Below, piece after piece: positions 1-64,000 of a stretch of DNA of 64,000 nucleotides. Every line of letters begins with the position of its first letter. The stretch's first letter is position 1. The translations under genes and the position numbers were made by a program. This DNA comes from Octopus vulgaris. Lineage: Eukaryota. The DNA lies in assembly GCA_951406725.2 (NCBI GenBank), contig OX597820.1, positions 104,966,001 through 105,030,000 on the forward strand, written 5' to 3'. The notes beneath the pieces were generated by a model, which did not search any database, was not told the origin of the DNA, and saw only the letters and a list, made by a program, of their open reading frames with translations.

Positions 1-1506
1 GCTGGAGCACCACTGTTAAGGAGTATAAAAGCTATTAAGTAGCTTTCCAACAAACCCACAATACATTTATTTTCATAAATTCATATATTAAAGGACATCT
101 TTATGTTTTCTGAGTTAAAATAGAAGCAGAGCACTAGAATCAGACCCAGAAATTAGTAAAATTGGGGAATGCTTGACTAAATACTTTCAGTAAGAATCTA
201 AGAGTGATAAGAGTCAAACGTAATGATGACCAAAGAGTTGTATGTAACCTAAATCATTGGAAGTGGGCTGGGGGGTCTAAAATTAAATGACAGAATAAGA
301 ATGACTAGTTGAATGTACAAAAGTGAATAGAATACCAAAGGGTAAAAAATGTTATGAGAGCCAAAGTGATGTGACTCAAAATGTATCAATTGCAGAGTAC
401 AAAGAAATAAAAGCTAAGTGTAAAATGATATGGTGTTAGGAACTTCCATTGGAAAGAGAAGGCTGAAAGCAAGAAAACAGTAAATTAATTCTTGAGATAA
501 TGTGTTTCTAATGATGGCTGGAGCAAATGCTTAAAAACTAGTTTGGAGAAACTTGTTTGTGTGTGAAATGGAGATTGAAAGTTAAAGAAAATCTCAGAAC
601 AATATTGGTGTGCTACAATGATGTTTATATATAAATATTTTAAGTACAAGAACTGCATTCGTGATGTTGTTGAGAAGGATAAAGGTTAAAAGAAAGGATG
701 TAAAGAATGCCTATGTGTAGTAGAGAGTAGGTTAGTAATGACAAGGCTAGATGTAGTGTACAAAGAACTAGTAAGATGATGTAGTTTAGTGTAAAATTTA
801 AGAATAGCTCATGTGGAGTAATAATTGGCGAAAGACAGGAGAAAAACCAAAGAAAACAAGTGGAAGAGAGGAAGGTAAAGAAGAAAAAAGATGAAGAGGG
901 CAGAATAGGAAAGAGAAACATAAATATGGAAGAAAGTTATATGAGAATTGATATTGAGAGAGAGAGTTATGAAATGGAACTGGAGTGAAGAAAGTGAGAT
1001 AAATAGAGGGAGGGGAAGAAAATAGGAGCCTGGAATGAGATTTTGATACTGAAGAGGAGGAGGATTAGAGAGTATTGAAATGAAATAGGGAAAAATATAA
1101 TAAAAAATGAGAGGGAGGGGGAGGAGAGGAAGAAAATATAAGCATAGAAGAAAGCTGATGATGATGATGGATAGTAGAAATAAAAAAGGATATGAGAGGG
1201 AATTAAGAAAGTGAGAGGAAAGTGATTAGGGATTAAGAATTGAGTTTAATTTACACTGTGTCTAAAGACTATTGAAATTGTTTGAATACATATGCCTTAA
1301 GTGTGATTATTACTACATATAGGGTTCTGCTGTTAATGGAAGATGTTGATGTGTGTGATGGTGTATATGATACATAGGTGGTTATACAAGATAAGGGGAA
1401 TCATCAGTACATGTACATGCTGATGAATATATATGCCTATTTTCAAGTATGTATGTATGTACTTAACAGTACTATTTTTTGCATGTGAGAGTATTTCGAA
1501 TACATA

Positions 1507-1542
<36 letters not shown>

Positions 1543-1547
1543 GATAT

Positions 1548-1745
1548 ATCAAAATAAGCAACAAGTATATCCAAGGTAGAGTAGTACAATTGTTTCATGC
1601 TACTTCATTTTATGAAACAATTGTACTACTCTACCTTGGATATACTAGTTGCTTATTTTGATTATAATCACTCCATTTAATTTATATGGATAATACCACA
1701 CAAAATTCTGGTGCCTTAAACTTAAGCACCATATTCATCTGAATC
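1548..1745. mobile_element. (TA)n-embedded element starting with a 51-bp-arm hairpin
   Basis: 1548-1598 pairs with 1612-1662 with one mismatch, 13-nt loop; contains GAAACAATTGTA; TA runs on both flanks. Confidence 0.7.
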
Positions 1746-1957
1746 TATATATATATAAGCATATATATATACATGTGTGTGTGTGTGTGTAGCATCATCC
1801 TCATCATCACTTAACATCCGTTTTCCATGCTGGCATGGGCTAGATGGTTTGACAGAAACTGACCAGCTGAAGAGTTACCCAGGCTCCTAAAGCCAACCAC
1901 TTTACAATGGCAGCTGGGTGCTTTTACACAGTACCTTTACGGGTACTTTTTACATGG

Positions 1958-2006
<49 letters not shown>

Positions 2007-3536
2007 CATGCATGTTTTTTTAAAAAGTGTATGTAAACGTTCATATGCATTTATACATCTAGAAGTATCTGTAAACTTAAGTATATGATCACATATGTAC
2101 AGTGCTCAACTCCAGGTCATTACTGACTGAGCAGACAAGTGACCAAAAATATTCCATCCATGACCATTCTATCTATTGAAATATCTAACATATGCACTGT
2201 TCAATGTGTCCTTCCTTTTTTTTTTTGAGACGGTAGAAAAAATCTGAGGAAGATTTGATAGTTGTTTCTAGCAGGTTGCGAATCTCCGAGAACTATAGTG
2301 CTGGAAACACTTAGAAGCACCTTTGATGACTGGTATGCTTAGGCATGTGTGTGTCTTGTGTATGAGTGTGCACATGCATGAGTGTGAGCATGTATGTGTA
2401 TACTCCTGCATGTTTGTGCAAGCCTCTACCTCTGTGTACTTTTATACGTGTGTGTGTGTGCTTGTGTGTGTGTGTTGCATGTGAGTATGTGCATGCATGT
2501 GTATGTGTGTGTAAATATTTGTGCAATTTGAGAAGGAATTTGAACAAGAAATTTCGTTCTCAACAGAAGAAAATGGCTCAGTCATGCCTGCGGCCTTAAG
2601 ATGAAAAGACTGTTTGCTTTTGGTAGTGAGGAAGCCTTCATAAAAAAGTAAATAAATAAAATGAAATAACAAAGAATCAGAGTAATAGGATGTGGTGGGG
2701 GTAATATTAATATATTCAATACAATTTCAACACCCTCTGTTACAATAGACATTAATTAGAATTTCTAATTGGCAGAGTAAAAGAAGGAGAAACTAATGAG
2801 AAAATGCATTGTGATGTTTTCAAACAGTTGCTGTAATGGGTTTTTGATTCGTTTAAGCTGTTTCAAAGAACTAAAGACACCTATCATGTACAAACTAATG
2901 TCCAGGAGAAATACATAGGATAATGTAGTCCTAGATACAGGAGGGTCATGGAATGCATTTGATCACAGGTTTGCTCAAAGTTGACCTGGGGGGCTAAATA
3001 AACAATAAACAAAAACAACAATAGAAAACTACGGTTCTACTTCTCCTGAAGCTGAATGAAGGAATACTTGAGTTGTTGTTAGAATAAATCTGACACTGAA
3101 ATTAAATTCCACCTAATTCTGTAATTGATTTAAACAACAAGCATTATTGGAAGTCTTTTCTTGTTCTCCCCACCACCCAATGGTCTCTAGATGTACAAAA
3201 AGTAAAGCCAGACTCAGAGGGAATTTTATTCAGAATGTTAAGACACCAAATTAAATATAATTCTAAACCTCACATCCAACAAAAACATGAGGGAAGGTTG
3301 AAAGGGCGAAAACCATTCATTATATAGCAAAAAAAGCAAGAAAAAAATCAACAAGATTTTTTTTTAATAAGGGTTAACAAAAGAAAGGGGTTGATTGAAT
3401 TTTGTCCAAATACAGGAGCGAGTAGGGGTTTTTTTTTCTTCTTTCATAATTTAATTTTTTTTTCTCCCAGGAAATGAAAGTTTCCTGGTAATGTCAACAC
3501 CAAAAGCAAACTACCTTCCATACATAAAGAGCTTAC

Positions 3537-3581
3537 GTCTTGTGAACAGTACACCATATCCATTTGCAATTTTCCTGACAA
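3537..3581 (-). CDS. Candidate 45-nt cassette exon in vinculin tail: (S)CQENCKWIWCTVHK(T)
   Basis: CTAAT branch-like motif, ttgctacttgcag| acceptor, consensus donor |gtaagc; 45 nt, open in the phase-2 frame. Confidence 0.45.
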
Positions 3582-4099
3582 CTGCAAGTAGCAAGTCGTG
3601 GTATTAGTGCTTCAAGTAGAAATATACCTTTTTTGTTTGTTGTGTTTGTTTTTTTACTCTTTTCCTCTCTTTCTTAATGTTGGGCAAATAATATACTGAT
3701 AAATTTCTTAAGGTAATCAAGTTATTTAAGCTTTAGATTTATAAATGAAATATATAAATGATAAAAGAACAAATAAATAAAATAAGAAAACAAAGCATAC
3801 ACACAAACACAAAACACATAACTCTAGACAAGAGAAACTTTGCTGTTTGCTATTTAATTAAGGATTTACTTTTGTTTATCCATATTGCATATGGCACAGC
3901 TATGACCAACCAGGCCAGAGTGAGCCAGTATCATGGATTTTAATGAATAAGTTAAGGAAACCAAACAATAATTAGGTCACTCCTTTTTTCACAGACATTT
4001 TTCACATTAATATATTTTGATTTCTGTCTGTTTATACACAAATTAACATAAATGCAAACATAAATGCACATACATGTATGTGGAACACACAATGTTTGA

Positions 4100-4350
4100 T
4101 GGTGAGATCTTCTGGCACTCTGTTGGTTATGACAAGGGATCCAGTTAACAGAACAGCCTACTACTGAAATTAACATGCAAGCAGCTGAGCACCCCACAGA
4201 CATGGATACCCTTAATGTAGTTCTCAGGAAGATTCAGCATGACACAGAATGTGACAAGGTTGGCCCTTTGAATCACTGGTACAATTCATTTTTGCCAGCT
4301 GAGTGGACTGGAGCAATGTGAAATAAAGTGTCTAGCTCAAGGACACAATG
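4100..4350 (-). mobile_element. Additional SINE family body (related head at ~42700-42820)
   Basis: tttttgccagctgagtggactggagcaatgtgaaataaagtgtctagctcaaggacacaa, shared with 42699-42760. Confidence 0.65.
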
Positions 4351-4532
4351 TTATTACACCAATTCCTGCACTTGACTGCTACTTTGATTTACCAACCTTG
4401 AAGGGATGAAATACAAAACTGAATTCAGCAGGTTCTGAGTTCAGTATGTAAAGAGCTACAAGAAAACGTTTTGTCTGATGCACTGATGATTCTGCTGGCT
4501 TCCCATCCTATTATTATTATAATAATAATGAC

Positions 4533-4565
<33 letters not shown>

Positions 4566-5623
4566 GGTGGTTTTGATGATGATGATCCTTTCTAATATTG
4601 GCACAAGGCCAGAAATTCTGAAAGTAGGGGAAGTCAATTATATTGACCCCCTCGCCAAGTTCTCAACTGATACTTATTTTACTGATACCAAAAGGATGAA
4701 AGGCAATGTTGACCTAGGTGGGATTTGAACTCAGAACATAAAGAGCTGGAAGAAATGCTGCTAGCATATTCCTTGGCATGCTAATTCTGCCACCTTTTAA
4801 TAATAAACAATATATTATCATATGAAAAGTTGAAATACGGACATAAAGCTTAACAAAACATCACCATCATCAGAGTAATTCACATCCCCAACAGCTTCCA
4901 GCTGTACGTCTTTTCATAATGCCTATTAGTATAGTCCCTCAAGAATAGGAAAAAATTTCTGAAGATTGCAATGGAAATAAATAGACAGAGAAAGAAAAAA
5001 GGAAGAGAGAGAGAGATACAGAGTGTGTGTGTGTGTCTGTAGTTCTGCTTGCTTGTTTCATGTGTTTCACATTGCCTTCAGCTATTTTCTTCTCTATATT
5101 GTTGAAGTGACAATTCTATGATGCTACAGAGCCAAACTACACAACTTAAAGGACAGGAAAAGAAAACATGAAAAAAACTCACTAATAGAAACTAGCCACA
5201 GTGTCACACACAATTTTCACACTGCATGACACACAGCTTTCGTACATTCTAACAGTTTTCACAGTATCTTTATCCAACAAACACAGAAATACAAAGATAT
5301 CAGACAGATATTAAAAAAAAAAAAGACACCATTAATTTCAACAGAATATGGAAGACAAATTCAATTATGTAACATGGTGGTAACATGGTTGACAATAGAG
5401 GTACTAGCTTGGTATGTCTTTTAAATTTAGAGGTTTTTTTTACTAATAGTTAGACCTAATTAATTGAATTTAATATAAGTGATATTTTTATACAATAGTA
5501 AAATCATAATATATATCAGATATTACAAAAAACATAAGCAATTTAAAGCATAAAAGTAAACAATATGACAAAAATAATTTTCTGAAATATAAAGAAATTT
5601 ATATAAAGAAATCGAAGACAAAA

Positions 5624-6070
5624 TCAAACTCAATGACTGGCATCCATTGCTAGTGGAGCGCTAAGAGTACCATATGAGTGAGATCGTTGCCAGAGCAACA
5701 AGCTGGCCTTCGTGCCGATGGCACGTTAAACACACCATTTGAGCGTGATCGTTACCGCGTTGCCTTACTAGCACTTGTGCTGGTGGCAAGTAAAACATTT
5801 GAGCGAGGTCGTCACCAGTGCCGCTGGACTGGCTCCTATGCAGGTGGCACGTAAAAAGCACTATCTGGGCGTGGCCGTTGCCAGTACCACCAAACTAGTC
5901 CTCATGCCAGTGGCATGTAAAAGCACCCTCTACACTCTCGGAGTGGTTGGCGTTAGGAAGGGCATCCAGCTGTAGAAACTCTGCCAGATCAGATTGGAGT
6001 CTGGTTCGCCAGACCTCAGTCAAATCGTCCAACCCATGCTAGCATGGAAAGCAGACGTTTAATGATGATA
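5624..6070 (+). mobile_element. Retroposon family C (internal ~60-70-bp tandem units, (GAT)n tail)
   Basis: gagtggttggcgttaggaagggcatccagctgtagaaac..aacccatgctagcatggaaa..gacgtt.aatgatgat. Other copies at ~19900-20300, 26755-26925, 58630-58795 (+) and 1795-1950, 12385-12560, 26000-26190, 34970-35130, 57370-57550 (-). Confidence 0.8.
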
Positions 6071-6756
6071 AAGAAATTAGGAAATTGACAAAAAAAGTTT
6101 TTTTTTAAACAATAAATTATTAAATTTTCCTGATTTACAATAAAGTAGTTTTAATAGTATACTGGTTGAGGATTTTTTATACAGAATTACTAGTATAAAA
6201 TGTGATGCTACAGGCACATTAAGCCAGAGTTTATTCCAGGTTCCATGACATTTCAGTAGATGAGAATACAAGAAAATTCTTTGAATGAGCACTAGTTAAC
6301 CTACTTCCAGCTGTCACTGGAATTCATTTTCATCTGAATGAATTGGTGCAACATAAAATCATTTCAAGTGCTTTGCTCAAAGGTACAATACATAGTCAAC
6401 CTTGGACACATCCAATGTGTTTGTCTTTGAAGACAGAGTACAATTTGGGGAAAGTTAGGCAGCTTTTTCAAGCAGGTTAAGTGACCATGTAAAGGCTTCC
6501 CTGTTGATTCCTGATGTTTCTTCTTGTTGCTGTGGTCAACTCTAGCTGAATAGATCCATGATATGGAAGTAGCTGATTGAACGAATTATTTAATCTAAAT
6601 TAAAACCATTTTTATCTTTATTGTATGTTGTTATAAAACATACAACTCATAACAACTGGTCCCTGGAGGCCCTGCAAAGTCTAAAAAGATGCAGCTGAAA
6701 ACAATCACATTAGTAATGGAGTATTTAAAGTAATGTTGATCAAATAAATCTCTCAC

Positions 6757-59648
<52,892 letters not shown>

Positions 59649-61239
59649 CTGGAAATAAGAAAAAAAATCCAATTAAACATATGTATGTATAAGTATATGT
59701 TTATATATATATAAATCTTCATTGTTTTAATGTCCACTTTTCCATGCTTGTATGGATCAGACAGTTTGTTGTGGAAGATTTTCAATGGTCGATTGCCTTT
59801 TGTGTCACCAGCCCTCACCTGTTTCCAAGCAAGCTAGTTTTTCCCATGGTGAGACATGTTTTTGCAAAATATCACAAATGAATGACACTGCTTGTATTAC
59901 AGTGATACTCATTTACAACTATCACACACTGGCAAGACAAGGAGACGCACATACACACAAACACACAGTACATGCATAACAGGCGTTTTTTGGTTTAACT
60001 CTTACAGGTGTCTTCTACTGTAGCCTTGAATTGCCCAATGACTCCTGAGTGAAATTTACTGAAATAAATTGTGTGAAAAATCACTGCATGCATGTATGAG
60101 TGACTGTGTTGGTGTAAAGCAGTGCATCAAACTGTATCCTTTTATGCCAAAAGGTTACTTAACCATTTAATGAATAGAGGTAAATAGAACTAGACTGGAA
60201 AAAGTTCTGGATTCAACAGGGTCACTTAAAAGAAAAAAAAACCTTAGATGACAAGTCAAATGACTGAAACTAGTAACAGAATAATATATATATATAACCA
60301 AAGATGAATATTTGATAATAAATGCAAATTAAACATGCAATATTATCATCGTTTTAACAGCCATTTTTCCATGCCTAGGCCAGAGTTTATTGAGAAAGAT
60401 TTTTCTGTAGCCAGGTGTGGTTCCTAATACTAACCTTCACTATTTCCAAGCAAGGTAATATTTCTCCATAGCCAGACATCTTTTTGCAGAATAGAGAAAA
60501 TATACGGTACTGTCTACCAAATCCACTTGCAAGGTTTTAGTTGACCTGGGGCTATAGTTGAAGACACTTGTCCAAGGTGCCATGCAGTAAGATCGAACCC
60601 AAAACCATGTGGTTGGCAAGCAAACTTCTTAACTACACAACCATGTCAGCACCTAAAACATTGCTCCATATAGGTTCTATAAACAGTAGATAATTTTTTT
60701 TTAATATCTAAGACAGTAAGTTGGGAAAGTAGCTAGTCAATAAATATGTTTGCCAATGTTTAACCTATACTAAACATAGTCATGAAATGGAAATAAATAA
60801 CTATGTTCGATAAAAGCATGATAGTACTGGTGATGGACAATAACAGCAGCATAATAGATTTAATATAAAATTGATCAGATCTAAAACCAGGATACTTCAA
60901 AGAGAATACAAGAGAGAATCAAAGATATCTTGAGAGATATTGTAATCGATAATCCCTTCCAATCAAAGCCTGTTTGACATTATAACAAGACAGTATAACA
61001 AGATATTGTCTTCACATTAAAATCGGAAAGCTAAGCTACTGGGAGAGGATGGAAAGCATTAAGACTCTATTCTAAGTGGGGTAGGATGAGAAAGATATGC
61101 AGGAATCTCAATATAGAAGATCCTTGAAGGGCTTGAAGTTCTTATTAACCAAAAGTCAAGTACTACTGAAGTAGCACCAATCAGACAGGTGGTGTTCCAG
61201 CATGGTCACAAACCTTGGGCTGAAATTAATTATATATAT

Positions 61240-61570
61240 ATAAGAAATTGGGATGACAAAGGAATAAACAATTATGTTACAAACTTCATTAGCTTACATC
61301 TGTTTCTATTAAGTGCAATGCACTCATAGCTGGCATTTCATGTTTGAAGATTTGATGGAGCAATAAGGTGATACTCAAGCACTCAACTATGAGTGCATTG
61401 CACCTTACAGCAGAAACAGATGTAAGTTAATGGAGTTCATAACATAACTGTTTATTCCTTTGTTGTCCCAATTTCTTATTACCACTTTGTACTTGACTGA
61501 TGCTTTGTACTGAAGCATATGTATATGGAGCTCTAACACCAGGTTATTAGCATCACAATGCTTAAGCAAT
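61240..61570. mobile_element. (TA)n-embedded foldback element (~92-bp arms) with degraded hammerhead-like motif
   Basis: 61240-61331 pairs imperfectly with 61385-61479; TTGATGG...taaggtg..cacctta...GAAACAGATGTA at 61352-61424. Confidence 0.65.
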
Positions 61571-63205
61571 ATATGTATATATATATATCCTTTTAGCTAT
61601 ATACCCAGTCCTTCCCTAAAAAATCATGGTTGTTGCACAGAGCTATTAAAATCCATGCTAGTTGATACTTTTCTTTTGCCGCTTTGTATACCTACAATAT
61701 AAACTCAATATTGGACTTCTTTGCGTAATGTGCATAATTATATCAACCAGTGTTCAAATCTCCAAAATACCTGTAAAGATTAGATTTGATTACCTCATGT
61801 AAATTGTATATGCAACTTTCATTGAAATACATTGTTTATATGCCTGTTATGATTTGTTTATGCAACACAACACACAAAGCGAAAGCAAGAGTACCCAACT
61901 GGATAAAAAGGCATAACAGGAAGTATGAGTGGACATCATAAGCAGTACAGATAAACAACCACTAAGGAACAGTGGTAGTTATAGTAAAGGGGTGACACGT
62001 CTGTAGGTTGAGATGTTAAAGTGAATTAATAGTGATGCCATAGCAATCTAGGTCACTTGTCTCTTCATCATAATGGCTAATGTGAATACTGTCTATAAAA
62101 CTGAATGAGACAGTGTCTGGTAAAGCAACTGACTAGTCTGATTAAGGAGTGGTTTGATATTCTTACTACATCAAGGAACCAACATTTATACAATAATGAA
62201 TGAACCAAACACCTGGATTCAATTCAATTTCAGTAATTATTTTTAACTGAAAGAAAATTGGATAAAAATAAACAGAGATAAACATCTGTCTTATGCAAGT
62301 AGTTACCTATTTAGCCACTAAGCGGCCAAGACAATGTCTAATTTTTGAGATCAAATGAGAAACTCTGTATTGAATGAGAGAGGCTTAGAAGCAGAAAACT
62401 AATTCTGTGGCTGCATACTGGCAGGATAGTGAGATAAGGATTCTGCCTTTGTGAAGCTGTGACCCAGCCTTTATGAGTCCCTGCCTTTGCAAATTTGTGA
62501 ATTTCTCTTGGTAAGCTTGTGACTCAAGTCAGTGGCAAATTTTAAGGCCATTTATGCTGTAAAAAGTATGAATATTACAACTCCCATTTTTTTCTGTTTT
62601 CTTTTAATACACAGTAAATCAATAATACTAATCATCCATTGATTGCTACTAATCACAGATATGTGGTTAATTATTGTGATGGATAATTTCTGGATGAAAA
62701 AAGATCAGTTATAGTTTACATCAGAATCAATTCAGTAAGGGAAAAAATAAAGTCTGTTGGTGTCCATCATCAAGGAGTTCTACTTTAAAGCATATCTTTT
62801 TCTCTTCATAGCACATGGCACCTCAAATGACTCATATTTCAAATTATTCATTAACCACAGAGTGCATCTAAGTTCTGTTTTTAGTCAGTGTGGTACACAA
62901 ATCTAGAGTAAGATATCCTTGGGAACTTCTCTATAAGCGACTGAAGAGATTAAAAGAAAAAAAAAAAGTTCCAACAGAAATTCCTGTTGTAAAAACAAAA
63001 ATTGAGATTCAGAAAGATTATACATAAATATAAAGAGCAAAGATGTAATTAGTAGTTTGAACAAGCTACTGGAAACAGGAAAGCAGCTTGTTAATGTATG
63101 TTTTGAAAAGGAGTGGCAGGAGTTCAATAACATGTAAACATTAAGTACACAAGTTGTTTTAATGATATTGTAGCTGGCCTGACAAGTTAATTCTTGTCTC
63201 AATAC

Positions 63206-63232
63206 CTTGAGAACTGGCTCCAGTAAACTGAG
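63206..63232 (-). CDS. Candidate 27-nt microexon in vinculin head intron: (A)QFTGASSQ
   Basis: ttctatttctcttag| acceptor, CAAG|gtattg donor; phase 1 to 1 matches the downstream exon; second in-frame acceptor 18 nt upstream. Confidence 0.35.
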
Positions 63233-64000
63233 CTAAGAGAAATAGAATTTCTGAGAAGACAAAGATAGGCATAGCAGTACTGAGATAAGGGAATAGGAAT
63301 TTAATGTCGCATAAATATATTGTAAATAATGGGGGAAATGTGCAGAAGACTTAATAGATAACTGACAATTGATTTGGGAGTTTTTCTGATCAACACACGC
63401 ACAGAGAAAACAATTATTTCTAATGGCACAAAACCAAAGACACTTTGGCATGGTGAATTACATTGACCTAGTTGTTCACTGGTACTTAGTTTATCAATGC
63501 CAGAAGGGAGAAGAGATTGAAGACAAATGTAAAGGGACATAAATGAGCATAACTACAGATGTGTGCCCCATCCCTGACTGCTTTCCCATAATTTCTTTAA
63601 AATGCATATTTTTCTATTAAATTTTCCAGAGATATGTTTTAAATGGTGTACAATCTAATTATGTCATAGAGGGGAGAAGGATTAAGGTAAAAATATTATT
63701 TTTCTCAGAGGACTGTTCCAAATCTCATACTGCATATTTTAAGGAAATTTTCCAGAGATACATTTCAAGGATATAGAATATGATTATCATGATGGAATTT
63801 GAAAAGAATTTTTTATCTTCATTCTACCTATCAAAAAATTAATGTCTGGAAATTTTCATTACAAATTATGCATTTAACAATGAGTGAAAGGGAATGATCC
63901 TACTAAAAAATGTTTTCAATCTCCACCACCACCACCACATAATTGTAATTTACACCATCTAAAATGTACCTCTGAGGAATTTCATCTAAATACCTGCATT

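Noticed and set aside
2442-2672. Possible next vinculin tail exon
   Set aside because: No similarity to the expected helix 3 sequence (..KxxLIxCAK..CTDKR); phase-2 readings stop within 13 codons. The true exon is probably outside the window.

Overview
AT-rich, microsatellite- and SINE-dense eukaryotic DNA. The repeat families suggest an octopus (coleoid cephalopod) genome, which is an inference. The whole window lies inside one minus-strand vinculin gene. I traced 16 GT-AG exons by hand between 59648 and 6757. Their phases are mutually consistent, and they give 2161 coding nt (about 720 aa) running from head domain D1 to helix 2 of the tail. The first and last exons lie outside the window. 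Almost all ORFs in the supplied track are microsatellite or SINE artefacts. Main observations: (1) the 25.4-kb intron in the proline-rich linker hides two frame-preserving, Pro/Tyr-rich candidate cassette exons (201 and 120 nt), and there are further candidate micro/cassette exons in the tail and head introns; (2) at least six minimal type-I hammerhead-ribozyme-like motifs occur in short elements inserted in (TA)n microsatellites or in the 3' end of a Penelope GIY-YIG fragment, several fused to long foldback inversions, and one family has the U3-A8 covariant core; (3) fragments of R4/Dong, RTE and CR1 LINEs, piggyBac-type MITEs and inverted SINE pairs close to exons. All calls come from reading the sequence; no database search was run.
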